Assembly (NCBI RefSeq): GCF_002945325.1
Contig: NZ_CP026606.1
Location: 60,001 to 92,000 of the forward strand
Direction: 5' to 3'
Source of the DNA: Methanococcus maripaludis
GTDB lineage: Archaea > AGJL01 > Methanococci > Methanococcales > Methanococcaceae
Length of the DNA: 32,000 nt
In this document: positions 9,676-19,464 of the stretch, piece by piece
Layout of the letters: each line of letters starts with the position of its first letter
Position numbering within the stretch: position 1 is the stretch's first letter
Notes under the pieces: model-generated
Told to the model about the DNA's origin: nothing
Seen by the model: the letters and a program-made list of their open reading frames with translations, nothing else
Database searches by the model: none
Made by a program: the position numbers and the translations under genes

Positions 9676-10443
9676 ATGGAAAAACCAGTTATGTGTAAAA
9701 TAATTGATGTAATAGACGAAAGTCCAACAGTAAAAACTTTTTTACTCGACAATGAGTTTGATTTTAAACCTGGCCAGTTTGCAATGGTGTGGCTTCCTGA
9801 AATTGATGAAAAACCATTCGGATTTTCAAGTAAAAATTCAATCAGTATTGCAAAGGTAGGTAAATTTACTGAAAAAATTCACTCGTTAAAAAAAGGAGAC
9901 CTTTTGGGGATAAGGGGCCCTTATGGAAATAATTTTGAGTGTATCGGCACTAAAATTCTTGCAGTTGCAGGCGGAATTGGAAGTGCTCCAGTTATTTCAG
10001 CAGTTGAAGCGTTTTCTAAATTGGGTGTTGAAATCACTTCGGTTATTGGGGGAAGAACCAAAGATGAACTTTTATTTTTGGATAGATTTGAAAAATGCGG
10101 GAAAACTTTTGCGTGCACAGATGACTGCAGTTTTGGATTTGGTGGATTTACAACTGAAAAAATGTTAGAATTACTTTTGGAAGAAAAATTTGACATGGTA
10201 ATTACGTGCGGTCCAGAAATAATGATGAAAAAAGTTGTAGAGATTGCAGAACAAAATAATATTCCAATCCAAGTTTCACTTGAAAGATACATGAAATGTG
10301 GAATTGGAATTTGTGGCCAGTGTGCTGTTGATGATGAAGGACTCTGTGTCTGTAAAGATGGCCCTGTATTTTGGAGCGATAAACTTAAGTTTGTAAGTGA
10401 ATTTGGAAAATACAAAAGAGACGCAAGCGGTGCTATTTTATAA
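9676..10443 (+). CDS. pyrK: Dihydroorotate dehydrogenase electron-transfer subunit PyrK
   Basis: FAD/NAD-binding ferredoxin-reductase fold (GQFAMVW...KPFG, AGGIGSAP) with a C-terminal 2Fe-2S cysteine cluster, CGIGICGQC...CVCKDGPVF. The ATG at 9676 is preferred over the GTG at 9667. Confidence 0.88.
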   Translation: MEKPVMCKIIDVIDESPTVKTFLLDNEFDFKPGQFAMVWLPEIDEKPFGFSSKNSISIAKVGKFTEKIHSLKKGDLLGIRGPYGNNFECIGTKILAVAGGIGSAPVISAVEAFSKLGVEITSVIGGRTKDELLFLDRFEKCGKTFACTDDCSFGFGGFTTEKMLELLLEEKFDMVITCGPEIMMKKVVEIAEQNNIPIQVSLERYMKCGIGICGQCAVDDEGLCVCKDGPVFWSDKLKFVSEFGKYKRDASGAIL

Positions 10444-10539
10444 TAAATCTGCAATCGAGGATTAAGTATTTAAACTACATATATTAAGAAATATTAATAT
10501 TAATAAAAATTACTTTTTTAAAGATAAATGTGAGTAGAA

Positions 10540-12081
10540 ATGTGTTCGATAAGTGGAATTATAGCAAAGGACGAGGAGGGCTCGGGGAGCCGTAGTCTGC
10601 TGAAAAATATCCAAAAACATGTTATAAACATGATGAAAATATTAAAGCATCGGGGTCCGGATTATTCTGGAATGATGTTTGATGATGAAGTTCTCTATTT
10701 TGAAAATTTTGATGATATTACCGAAAATACTGAAACAATTTCTCGAATGGCAATGGGCCACAACAGGCTTGCTATCGTGGGAACTGCGGTTCAGCCGATT
10801 CCAAATACTGACGAATCTATTTGGATTATCTGTAACGGTGAAATTTACAATCACGTTGAATTGAGGGACGAACTCTCAGTAGAACACGAATTTAAAACTG
10901 ATACTGATTCTGAGGCAATTATTCATGCCTATGAGGATGAACTCGTTGATGTTTTAGATGGTGATTACGCCTACGCAATTTACGATAAAGAAAAAAATAT
11001 TATTGAACTAAGAAGAGATTTAATGGGCGTAAAACCGCTTTATTATATTGATATGGATGAATATTTTGCGTTTGCATCAGAAAAAAAGGCTCTTTACTAC
11101 TTATTAATGGAAATTAATGAAATGGATTACAAAAGCGCTTTTAATTACGATATATCACGGCTTAATCCAAATTCAAGGCTTGTTTATGAATTAGATGAAA
11201 ATTCATGGTATATTGAAGAAGACCTTGAAAAAGTAAATCCCGATTATTTCGAAGAAAATGATTATGAATTGTGTAAAAATGAACTTGAAACTACAATTTT
11301 AGATTCGGTTTTAAAAAGAGTAAACGGACTCGAACGCGTTGGAATAATATATTCTGGCGGTGTTGACAGTACCCTTATCTCAAAACTTGCATCTGAAAAC
11401 TGCGATGTTACACTTTATTCCGTGGGTTCAGAGAATTCTGAAGATTTAATATATGCTGAAAGGGCTGCAAAAGACATGGGGCTTAACTTTAGAAAAAAAA
11501 TAATTTTAGAAGATGAATTTGAAGAATACGTTATAAAAGTTGCAAAAGCAATAGATGAACTCGATGTAATGAAGTTAAGTGTTGGAATTCCGATATTTGC
11601 AGCTTCAGAAATGGCAAAAGAAGACGGAATAAAGGTAGTACTTTCAGGCCAGGGTGCAGATGAATTATTTGCAGGCTACAATAGATACCAGAGAATTTTA
11701 AACGAAAAAGGAGAAGAAGGCCTTAAAAAATCAATAATTTCAGATGTCTTTGATATTCACAAAGTCAATCTTGAAAGGGATGATCATTGTACGATGGCAA
11801 ACGGTGTTGAATTAAGGGTTCCTTTCTTAGATAAGTTTGTAATTGATGTAGGACTTTCAATTCCTGTCGAATATAAAATTGAAGAGCCAAGAAAAAAGAT
11901 ATTAAGAGACATTGCTTCAAAATATGTTCCAGATTATATTGCACAACGGCCAAAAAAAGCAGCACAGTATGGTAGCGGAAGCGAAAAAATGGTCTATGCA
12001 GTTGCAAAAAAACACGGATATTCTAAAAAGGAAATTAATAAATTTTTTGAAGAATACTTAATTGAAAAAATAAAATTTTAA
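10540..12081 (+). CDS. Asparagine synthase (glutamine-hydrolysing) family amidotransferase; physiological substrate uncertain
   Basis: 513 aa. Has the N-terminal nucleophile Met-Cys (MCSISG) of class II (Ntn) glutamine amidotransferases and HNRLAIVG, plus the PP-loop SGGVDS of the AsnB synthetase domain. Confidence 0.85.
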   Translation: MCSISGIIAKDEEGSGSRSLLKNIQKHVINMMKILKHRGPDYSGMMFDDEVLYFENFDDITENTETISRMAMGHNRLAIVGTAVQPIPNTDESIWIICNGEIYNHVELRDELSVEHEFKTDTDSEAIIHAYEDELVDVLDGDYAYAIYDKEKNIIELRRDLMGVKPLYYIDMDEYFAFASEKKALYYLLMEINEMDYKSAFNYDISRLNPNSRLVYELDENSWYIEEDLEKVNPDYFEENDYELCKNELETTILDSVLKRVNGLERVGIIYSGGVDSTLISKLASENCDVTLYSVGSENSEDLIYAERAAKDMGLNFRKKIILEDEFEEYVIKVAKAIDELDVMKLSVGIPIFAASEMAKEDGIKVVLSGQGADELFAGYNRYQRILNEKGEEGLKKSIISDVFDIHKVNLERDDHCTMANGVELRVPFLDKFVIDVGLSIPVEYKIEEPRKKILRDIASKYVPDYIAQRPKKAAQYGSGSEKMVYAVAKKHGYSKKEINKFFEEYLIEKIKF

Positions 12082-12111
12082 ACTTTTTTTAATTTAATTT
12101 CTAAATATTAA

Positions 12112-12945
12112 TTAAATGTCAATTTCTCCTTCAAAGACGGTTGTTGCAGGACCTGTCATGTAAATGTGGTTATCGTTTTCATTCCATTCAATTATTAAAT
12201 CTCCACCGAGAAGTTTGACTGTTGATTTCCTACCAACGTATCCTTTTAAAATTGATGCCACTAAAACTGCACAAGCGCCAGTTCCGCATGCGAGTGTTTC
12301 GCCAGCTCCTCTTTCCCAAACTCTCATTTTAACAGTATTTTTATCAATTAATTCAACAAACTCGACATTTGTTTTTCTTGGGAATTTTTCGTGGATTTCA
12401 AATAAAGGTCCTATTTTTTCAAGCGGGAATTCGCTTACATTTTCGATATATGTTATTGCATGTGGGTTTCCCATTGAAACACAGGTGAAATAGTAGCTGT
12501 AATCTTTTGCAGTAATTTCTTCATCAATTACAGGATGTTTTTCACTTAAAACAGGAATTTCTTCTGCTTTTAAGATTGGTTCTCCCATATCAACTTTTAC
12601 TAAAACTACTTTACCGTTTTCAACAGTCATTTCGAGAACTTTTATTCCCGCGAGTGTTTCAATAGTTATTGTTGATTTATCGGTCATTTTTTTATCATAA
12701 ACGAACTTTCCAACGCATCTAATTGCATTACCACACATTTCAGCTTCTGAACCATCTGAATTAAACATCCTCATTTTAAAATCGGCTACATCTGATGGGA
12801 GAATTAATACAAGTCCGTCTGAACCGATTCCAAAGTGCCTGTCGCTTACAAATTTTGAAATTTCGTTTGGATTTTCAATTTTTTGTGAAATTGCATCTAC
12901 GTAGATATAATCATTGCCTAAGCCGTGCATTTTTGTAAATTTCAT
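12112..12945 (-). CDS. dapF: Diaminopimelate epimerase DapF
   Basis: [17 protein letters not shown] start, with the two catalytic Cys contexts (MCGNAIRC and LACGTGACA). ATG 12945 has GGTGG 5 nt upstream. The track ORF begins 4 codons earlier, at 12957. Confidence 0.93.
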   Translation of the reverse strand: MKFTKMHGLGNDYIYVDAISQKIENPNEISKFVSDRHFGIGSDGLVLILPSDVADFKMRMFNSDGSEAEMCGNAIRCVGKFVYDKKMTDKSTITIETLAGIKVLEMTVENGKVVLVKVDMGEPILKAEEIPVLSEKHPVIDEEITAKDYSYYFTCVSMGNPHAITYIENVSEFPLEKIGPLFEIHEKFPRKTNVEFVELIDKNTVKMRVWERGAGETLACGTGACAVLVASILKGYVGRKSTVKLLGGDLIIEWNENDNHIYMTGPATTVFEGEIDI

Positions 12946-13008
12946 TAAAACCACCATATGATATGGGTATTTTGGTAAATCATTTTTAAAAATAGTATGG
13001 GAAATAAT

Positions 13009-13257
13009 TTAAGCTTTAGCATTTATCTTTGATTCGTCAATAACAACAACGTCTCTAATTGCAGTTACTGTTCTGTATGGAACGAAAGTATAGTTTTCTG
13101 ATGAGGGGGAAACAGGGCTTTGTTCTGAAGGTTCAATATTTAATGAAATTATTCTACCTGTTTTTTCATCAATTACGATATCATCAACGGTACCGATGAT
13201 GCTACCTAAACTGCCAACTATGGATCTGCCATTTAATGATTTAAAGGATAATTTCAT
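13009..13257 (-). CDS. PRC-barrel domain protein
   Basis: 82 aa. GRSIVGSLGSIIGTVDDIVIDEKTGRIISLNIEP matches the PRC-barrel pattern. Its start overlaps the cobY stop by 4 nt (ATGA). Confidence 0.7.
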   Translation of the reverse strand: MKLSFKSLNGRSIVGSLGSIIGTVDDIVIDEKTGRIISLNIEPSEQSPVSPSSENYTFVPYRTVTAIRDVVVIDESKINAKA

Positions 13258-13871
13258 TCAATCACCTTATTAATTAAAGTTTCAACCAGTTTTTTATCGG
13301 AGAGAGTATTGACATTTACAATAATATCTTTAATAACATGGAGAATTTCGGTCTGTTCACCATGTTTTGGAGTTAATATATTGATACCTAAAGGTATGTA
13401 TCCGCCCATATTAATCGAGGGCGTTCCAACATAGTCATCATCTTTTGTGACTACACAAAAGGACTCTATGCGATTACAAGAATTGTTAACAAATAGATAA
13501 TCCTGTATTATACTATTAATAACTTTCGGCTTAATTGTGGGGATGTCGCTTGATAAAATTAAAAATGGTTCTTTAAAAAATTCCATACATTCATTTAGGT
13601 CATCGACATAATTTGTTCCCGAAGTACAAATTATATCTATCTTTGGATTATAATTTCGGTCTAAACGATATTTTTTTTCCAAATATTCTTTTGTTTTAGG
13701 GGTATGAATTGATACTGCGACATATATTTTTTCGATTTTGGAGTTTAAAAGGGAGTCGATAACATAATCGATCATCGGTTTTTCGCAGATGTTTAAAATT
13801 GGTTTTTCCACGTTTTCTTTTAGCCGCGTTCCTTTTCCGCCCGCCATGATTAGTGCATCCATTTTTTTCAC
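13254..13871 (-). CDS. cobY: Adenosylcobinamide-phosphate guanylyltransferase, archaeal type (CobY)
   Basis: ~200 aa. Has the nucleotidyltransferase N-terminus MDALIMAGGKGTRL typical of archaeal CobY (MJ1117 family). The start is either GTG 13871 or ATG 13862. Confidence 0.7.
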   Translation of the reverse strand: MKKMDALIMAGGKGTRLKENVEKPILNICEKPMIDYVIDSLLNSKIEKIYVAVSIHTPKTKEYLEKKYRLDRNYNPKIDIICTSGTNYVDDLNECMEFFKEPFLILSSDIPTIKPKVINSIIQDYLFVNNSCNRIESFCVVTKDDDYVGTPSINMGGYIPLGINILTPKHGEQTEILHVIKDIIVNVNTLSDKKLVETLINKVIE

Positions 13872-13890
13872 GCTAACATGATTAGTATGA

Positions 13891-13899
13891 TTTATATAA
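13891..13899 (+). promoter_or_regulatory. Candidate TATA box (tttatataa) in the cobY/PAC2 divergent intergenic region
   Basis: Consensus-like archaeal TATA ~48 nt upstream of the PAC2 ATG at 13947. It is near-palindromic, so it could serve either direction. Based on sequence pattern only. Confidence 0.35.
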
Positions 13900-13946
13900 C
13901 CCTGAAAACATATTTAAATGTGTCATTATCAATTCGGGGGATAATT

Positions 13947-14654
13947 ATGGAATATGTTTCTAAAAAAGAAATAAAGTATAAAGAACCTCTCGTAATTAGT
14001 GGTTTTCCAGGAATTGGCCTTGTTGGAAGCATTGCTTCATACCATCTTTTAAAAAACCTAAAAATGGAATATGTGGGGTACATTGAAGACCCGATGCTTC
14101 CAGAAATAATGATTGTTGAAGAAGGAATTGCATACCCTCCGGTTAGGGTTTATGCTCGCGATGATTTAGTAATATTTTTTTCAGATGTAATGATTCCTCC
14201 TGAATTAGTATATCCTATGTCAATTATGATATCTGACCGTTTAAAAGAAATAAATCCAAAAATGGTTGTAACACTGGAAGGATTTGCGTCGATGACTCCT
14301 GAAAAATCATTCTGGGTTTCATCGTCTGAAAAAATCCTGAATTCGGTTAAGGATGAAGAAATTCCTGCACTGCAACTTGGAATTATTGGGGGAATTTCAG
14401 GAGCACTTATGAAGTGCTGTAATGACAGGGATATTCCATCTGCATGTTTAATTACCGAAACGGTCGGTCTAAGGCCTGACCCTCGAGGAGCTTCTAAAAT
14501 AATTGAAAATTTAAATAAAAAATATAATCTGAATGCAGATACTGAAGAACTGATAAAAGAAGCTGAAAGTATCGAAGAAAAAATGAAAAGCCTTGCAAAA
14601 GAACATGCAAAATTAATGTCAAAGCCAAAAACTGAAAATCCTATGTATATGTAA
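13947..14654 (+). CDS. PAC2-family proteasome assembly chaperone (PbaB-like; COG1938)
   Basis: EPLVISGFPGIGLVGSIASYHLL is the family signature. ATG 13947 is preceded by GGGGGAT. The 23 extra codons of the track ORF lie in the promoter region. Confidence 0.75.
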   Translation: MEYVSKKEIKYKEPLVISGFPGIGLVGSIASYHLLKNLKMEYVGYIEDPMLPEIMIVEEGIAYPPVRVYARDDLVIFFSDVMIPPELVYPMSIMISDRLKEINPKMVVTLEGFASMTPEKSFWVSSSEKILNSVKDEEIPALQLGIIGGISGALMKCCNDRDIPSACLITETVGLRPDPRGASKIIENLNKKYNLNADTEELIKEAESIEEKMKSLAKEHAKLMSKPKTENPMYM

Positions 14655-14672
14655 AACTAAAAAAGTGATATC

Positions 14673-15050
14673 ATGAAAGCATTAGCTTTGACGGGAGTGG
14701 GACCTTATGCAATTTCTGAAATTGTAAAAAACCACGTTAAAACGTTAAGTTTGAAAAATATTTGTAATTTGTTAGCATTAGAATCTTCAAATGTTGGAGA
14801 TTTCTTATTTATTACAAATGTTTCAAAAGAAGACGTAATTTCCGGAACTGAGGGATTGATTGTCCAGGTGAAGAATATCTCTATTAATAATCAGAACGGA
14901 TATTCGAGAAGCTGTGATGAAATAGAATCAATAGTTGGTAAAGTGCAGGTGGAACTTTTAGGCTATGCATCCTGTTCAAATGTGGTTGAAACCGGATTAA
15001 TGGATCCATCAGTTGTAATTTTAAAAGCAAAATCAGTATATGAACTTTAA
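14673..15050 (+). CDS. Hypothetical protein (125 aa), no family recognised
   Basis: ORF with GTGAT 3 nt upstream of the ATG. It starts 18 nt after the PAC2 gene and ends 42 nt before the tautomerase gene, so it is probably co-transcribed with them. Confidence 0.55.
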   Translation: MKALALTGVGPYAISEIVKNHVKTLSLKNICNLLALESSNVGDFLFITNVSKEDVISGTEGLIVQVKNISINNQNGYSRSCDEIESIVGKVQVELLGYASCSNVVETGLMDPSVVILKAKSVYEL

Positions 15051-15092
15051 TTATCACTAATAACCATTAAAACTAAAATCTGGTGAAAAAAA

Positions 15093-15287
15093 ATGCCCGT
15101 AATAACAATAGAAGCTGGATTAGTAAATAACGAGCAGAAAGAAAAATTAATTAAAGAATTTACAAAAGCTGCAAGCGAAATAATTGGACTGCCCGAAGAA
15201 AAATTTATCGTATTTATAAAGGAAAATGCGGATGAAAATGTCGGCGTTGGCGGAATTTCCCTTTTAGAACTTAAATCAAAAAGATAA
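15093..15287 (+). CDS. 4-oxalocrotonate tautomerase family protein
   Basis: 64 aa. N-terminal Met-Pro (MPVITIE) followed by a beta-alpha-beta pattern (EQKEKLIKEFTKAASEIIGLPEEKFIVFI). GGTGA SD lies upstream. Confidence 0.8.
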   Translation: MPVITIEAGLVNNEQKEKLIKEFTKAASEIIGLPEEKFIVFIKENADENVGVGGISLLELKSKR

Positions 15288-15363
15288 CCGATAAGCATTT
15301 ATTCTATTTTTCATTAAAGTTTTTTTTAATTTTTAACAAGATATTAGCGAAGAGGCGATTTTT

Positions 15364-15945
15364 TTGAAGATACTTGGAATAAGCGGTTCACCAAGAAAAA
15401 ACGGGAATACGAGTACCCTCGTAAAAGAAGCGTTAAAAGCTGCCGAAAATGAAGGTTTTGAAACAGAATTTATTTCACTCTCAGGTCTTGAGTTAAATCC
15501 TTGCATTGCATGCGATATGTGTAAAAAAGATGAAGGATGTATTATCGTAGATGATATGGAAGAAATTTTGGAAAAAATCGAAGATGCTGATGGCATAATT
15601 ATCGGATCTCCAGTTTACTTTGGAGGGGTTTCTTCACAGACAAAGATGTTAATCGATAGGTCAAGACCCCTTAGGGCAGGTTTTAAATTAAAATACAAAG
15701 TTGGTGCTGCAATTTCAGTTGGTGCTTCAAGAAACGGCGGTCAGGAAACTACTATAAGACAGATTCACGACTTTTACCTTATACAATCAATGATTGTTGT
15801 AGGGGATAGCGCTCCTACCGCACACTATGGGGGAACAGGTCGGGGAAAATCTCCAGAAGATACAAAAGAAGATACTGTTGGACTCGAAACTTCGAGAAAT
15901 ACTGGAAAGAGAGTTGCAGAAGTTTTGAAAAAAATGAAATTATAA
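15364..15945 (+). CDS. Iron-sulfur flavoprotein (NADPH-dependent FMN reductase family)
   Basis: (M/L)[15 protein letters not shown] flavodoxin-like start and the compact ISF cysteine motif [13 protein letters not shown]. Starts at TTG, with GAGG ~10 nt upstream. Confidence 0.82.
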   Translation: MKILGISGSPRKNGNTSTLVKEALKAAENEGFETEFISLSGLELNPCIACDMCKKDEGCIIVDDMEEILEKIEDADGIIIGSPVYFGGVSSQTKMLIDRSRPLRAGFKLKYKVGAAISVGASRNGGQETTIRQIHDFYLIQSMIVVGDSAPTAHYGGTGRGKSPEDTKEDTVGLETSRNTGKRVAEVLKKMKL

Positions 15946-15988
15946 TACATTCATAATTTATTTTTTAATTACCATTATGGGGGATTTT

Positions 15989-16417
15989 ATGGATTTAACA
16001 GAAAGCCTGGAAATAAAAAAGTATCTAATAGAAAATGAACTTCAGGTTTACCCAACTCAGGACGTTCCTGAGGATTTACCTAATATAATTTGGGAAGGAG
16101 ATAACTGGAAAGATTTTTTGAAAATCGCAATTTTTGAAAAAGCATCGATAATATTTTTTAGAGAAGAGATTTTTAAAGATGCACACATCATTTCAAATAT
16201 AATTCCAACAACCGATTCTGATGAAAAAATCGTCGAATTTAACAATAAAATAAGATCTTTTGATAAATATATCGGAAAATTGGCAATATTTACAATGTAC
16301 TGGATAAAAAATGATATCGTTTATTCGTTTACCCAGAGTTCACAATGGGCTGAAGATTTTTTAAATATTTCGGTAATGCTTGAAAATACGGAAGATAGGG
16401 AAATTTTAGGAATGTAA
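15989..16417 (+). CDS. Hypothetical protein (~142 aa), no family recognised
   Basis: The ORF 15977-16417 contains GGGGGAT just after its first ATG. This acts as an SD for the second ATG at 15989 (MDLTESLE...). A T-rich tract follows the stop. Confidence 0.5.
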   Translation: MDLTESLEIKKYLIENELQVYPTQDVPEDLPNIIWEGDNWKDFLKIAIFEKASIIFFREEIFKDAHIISNIIPTTDSDEKIVEFNNKIRSFDKYIGKLAIFTMYWIKNDIVYSFTQSSQWAEDFLNISVMLENTEDREILGM

Positions 16418-16460
16418 TAATTTAAATTATATTTTTTTTCAAATCATTTTTTTAATTAAA

Positions 16461-16943
16461 TTATGGTGTGTGAAGGCCAAATAACAGTCCTAAACTGTAT
16501 CCAAAATATGCTACAAGTAAAAACCTAGGAATCCTTCCAAGAAGGGTTCCCGCACCAAATGAAACAAGATTCATTTTGAATATTCCTGCAAGCCATGCAA
16601 AAACCTTGTACGGAATCGGGGTAAAGCCTGCAATTGCAACATCCCATACACCAAATTTTTCGAAAAATGCTTTTCCTTTAATAAAATATTTTTCTTTGAA
16701 AATTTTCAAAAATACATTTGTTCCAAGTTTTTTTCCAAGAAAATAACCCGTATATCCGCCAGTAAGTGATCCAAAAGAAGCTACAAGGGCGCAAGTTACG
16801 GAATCTAATCCGAAAGCCGATGCGCCAATAATAAATATATCTGGTAGAATTGGCTGGATAACTGCCTCAGTAAATGCAATTAAAAATATTCCGAAATATC
16901 CATAGTTAAGTACAATATATTCTGCAAATTGGTAAAAATCCAT
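16461..16943 (-). CDS. YqaA/DedA-related (VTT/SNARE-associated domain) membrane protein
   Basis: 160 aa with ~4 hydrophobic helices. The motif [24 protein letters not shown] resembles COG1238 YqaA. Confidence 0.6.
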   Translation of the reverse strand: MDFYQFAEYIVLNYGYFGIFLIAFTEAVIQPILPDIFIIGASAFGLDSVTCALVASFGSLTGGYTGYFLGKKLGTNVFLKIFKEKYFIKGKAFFEKFGVWDVAIAGFTPIPYKVFAWLAGIFKMNLVSFGAGTLLGRIPRFLLVAYFGYSLGLLFGLHTP

Positions 16944-16957
16944 AATACACCTTATTT

Positions 16958-17338
16958 TTATCCTTTAACGAGTGCTCGAAGTATGTCCGTTTGAGATATA
17001 ACTCCAACTGCATTTTTTTGTTCATCGATTACCAAAAGGCCAGATACATCTGCATGGAGCATCATCTGTGCGGCATGTGTCACATCTGCATTTTCATCTA
17101 TCGTTAATATTTCTTTTGTAGAAACATCTTTTAGAGTTACATCCATTAATTCAAAAACCCCTTTTTCAAAGAACAGATGCGCCAAATCCCTGTAAGTTAT
17201 AACTCCATCGATATTTTCATCTATCCTTACAAAAACCCTTTTAACGCCCTTATGGTTCATTACTTTAAATGCCTCAAAAAGACTTTTTTCACTGTCAATG
17301 GTAAAAATTGTCGGGTTCATTAACTCTTTTACTTTCAT
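16958..17338 (-). CDS. CBS domain pair protein
   Basis: 126 aa with two CBS motifs ([13 protein letters not shown]... and [18 protein letters not shown]...[24 protein letters not shown]). It lies 14 nt upstream of the YqaA gene. Confidence 0.85.
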   Translation of the reverse strand: MKVKELMNPTIFTIDSEKSLFEAFKVMNHKGVKRVFVRIDENIDGVITYRDLAHLFFEKGVFELMDVTLKDVSTKEILTIDENADVTHAAQMMLHADVSGLLVIDEQKNAVGVISQTDILRALVKG

Positions 17339-17389
17339 AAACGTTCCCCTCTCTTTTTCGATAGATTAATATATAATTAAAATAAAGAA

Positions 17390-17408
17390 ATGTGTATTTG
17401 TGACACAT
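17390..17408. promoter_or_regulatory. Inverted repeat ATGTGT-N7-ACACAT in the divergent CBS / wHTH-regulator intergenic region
   Basis: Read directly: atgtgt at 17390-17395 and acacat at 17403-17408. A candidate operator. Function is inferred. Confidence 0.3.
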
Positions 17409-17523
17409 CCGCCGTATTTATGAACTAGCGTGAAATGTCTTATTTATATTATTTTAATGCAGTCTATTATTTTGAATTCACACTATATAATGGAACTCAT
17501 AGATTATATTCTTTGGTGGTGCA

Positions 17524-17916
17524 ATGAGCAAACTGGTACTTAATATGCCCTGCAACACATTTACACTTGAAACAATTATGTGTTGCGTGTTTGGACTGAA
17601 AGCATTTGATGTTGCAGTCTATTTCGAAATTTTAAGGTGTAAACCTGCAAAAATAAACGAAATTGCAGAATCACTAAATAGGGAGAGAAGCACAATTCAA
17701 AGATCAGCGCAAAGTCTGATGAATGCTGGCCTTATCCTTAGAAAACAGATAAATATTAAAGAAGGCGGTTATTACTACAAATACGAAGCTGTTCCTTTCT
17801 TAGACGTCAAAGAAAAGATTAAAAAAACTATGAATGACTGGAGTCGCGACGTTTGCAAATGGGTAGACGAAATAGATGAAAATGATGCAAATGAATTGAT
17901 AAACAATTTAATTTAA
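17524..17916 (+). CDS. Putative winged-helix (TrmB/MarR-like) transcriptional regulator
   Basis: 130 aa. HTH-like segment INEIAESLNRERSTIQRSAQSLMNAGLILRKQ followed by a wing-like KEGGYYYKYEAV. GGTGG SD lies upstream. Confidence 0.55.
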   Translation: MSKLVLNMPCNTFTLETIMCCVFGLKAFDVAVYFEILRCKPAKINEIAESLNRERSTIQRSAQSLMNAGLILRKQINIKEGGYYYKYEAVPFLDVKEKIKKTMNDWSRDVCKWVDEIDENDANELINNLI

Positions 17917-17944
17917 AGTAATTTGATAAAATATATGTGAAAAT

Positions 17945-18871
17945 ATGAAAATAACTTTTCTTGGAACCGGGGCTGCAATACCTACAAAATACAGAGCACA
18001 CCCTTCAATTTCCCTTAAATTCGATGGGGAAATATTTTTGTTTGATTGTGGTGAAAATACACAAAGACAGATTATTTTTACAGATGTATCTCCGATGAAA
18101 ATTAATAATATATTTATTACACACCTTCACGGCGACCACGTGCTTGGGCTTCCTGGATTATTACAATCGATTGCATTTCAGGGTCGGAAAAAAACATTAA
18201 ACATTTATGGTCCATCAGAAACGGCGAAAATGATTGAACATATCATGGGTGTTGGGTACCACTCGATTGATTATCCAATAAATGTTTATGAAATTTCTTC
18301 TAAAACGCCTGAAAAAATTATTTCAACGAATAATTACGAAGTTTTCAGTTATCCTGTAGTCCATTCAGTTCCTGCACTTGCATACGTATTCAAACAGGTT
18401 AAAAAACCAAGAATGGATTTGGAAAAAGTTAAAAAATTGGGGATTGAAATCGGGCCTGATTTAAAACGGTTAAAAGATGGTTTTAATGTCGAACTCAATG
18501 GAAAAATAATTACTCCAGAAGATGTATCACTCCCTCCAAAAAAAGGAATATGTGTTGGATACAGTGGGGATACTATTCCGTTAAACGAGTTTGCAGAATT
18601 TTTGAAAGAATTAAAATGTAATACATTAATTCATGAAGCTACATTTGACAAAACAATGGAAAGAAACGCAAAAGAAACGCTCCATTCAACAGCAACAGAT
18701 GCATTAAATATTGCAAAACTTTCAGGGGTTAGTACGGTACTATTAACCCACATATCTGCGCGATATGATAATATAGATGCTTTTGAAAGTGAAATTGTTG
18801 AATTTAAATCAGAAAATCCGGAAATTCATGTTTTAATTGCAGAAGATTTAATGGAGTATCCTTTAAAATAA
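17945..18871 (+). CDS. rnz: Ribonuclease Z (tRNA 3' endonuclease)
   Basis: 308 aa. Metallo-beta-lactamase HLHGDH motif, [10 protein letters not shown] start and CGENTQRQ are typical of short-form RNase Z. Confidence 0.92.
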   Translation: MKITFLGTGAAIPTKYRAHPSISLKFDGEIFLFDCGENTQRQIIFTDVSPMKINNIFITHLHGDHVLGLPGLLQSIAFQGRKKTLNIYGPSETAKMIEHIMGVGYHSIDYPINVYEISSKTPEKIISTNNYEVFSYPVVHSVPALAYVFKQVKKPRMDLEKVKKLGIEIGPDLKRLKDGFNVELNGKIITPEDVSLPPKKGICVGYSGDTIPLNEFAEFLKELKCNTLIHEATFDKTMERNAKETLHSTATDALNIAKLSGVSTVLLTHISARYDNIDAFESEIVEFKSENPEIHVLIAEDLMEYPLK

Positions 18872-18885
18872 AAATAGGTGAAAAT

Positions 18886-19464
18886 GTGACAGAGTATTTT
18901 GAATATGCCGGAGTTGAAAATACGGAAAATACACTAAAATATGCGATAGAACGGGCAAAACTTGGAATTTCTGACATTGTCATTGCTTCATCTTATGGTG
19001 AAACTGCAAAAATACTCCTTGATATGCTAGAAAAAGAAAATTTAAATGTAAATGTGGTTGTTGTAACATACCATCAGGGATTTTCTGGACCTGATGTTGT
19101 AGCAATGCCTGAAAATGTCAAAAAAGACCTTGAAAAAAGAGGAGCAACAGTATTTAGCGGAACTCATGCGTTAAGTGGTGTTGAAAGGGGAATTTCAAAA
19201 AGATTTGGCGGATATGGGCCTGTAGAAGTTATTGCACAAACTCTAAAAACACTCGGACAGGGTGTTAAGGTATGTTATGAAGTAACGGTAATGGCGGCTG
19301 ATGCAGGACTTGTTTCAACGAAAAAAGAAATTATTGCAATCGGTGGAAGTAGCAGGGGTGCTGATTCTGCAGTTGTAATCCGGCCATCAAATATGAATAC
19401 ATTTTTTGACATCGAATTAAGAGAATTAATATGCATGCCAAAAAATAAGAAAAAGCATGAATAG
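18886..19464 (+). CDS. Pyruvate kinase C-terminal-domain-like protein (MTH1675-like family)
   Basis: 192 aa. GTG start with AGGTGA 4 nt upstream. DIVIASSYGETAKILLDM and IIAIGGSSRGADSAVVIRP resemble the PK alpha/beta C-domain fold family. Assignment is from memory. Confidence 0.5.
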   Translation: MTEYFEYAGVENTENTLKYAIERAKLGISDIVIASSYGETAKILLDMLEKENLNVNVVVVTYHQGFSGPDVVAMPENVKKDLEKRGATVFSGTHALSGVERGISKRFGGYGPVEVIAQTLKTLGQGVKVCYEVTVMAADAGLVSTKKEIIAIGGSSRGADSAVVIRPSNMNTFFDIELRELICMPKNKKKHE

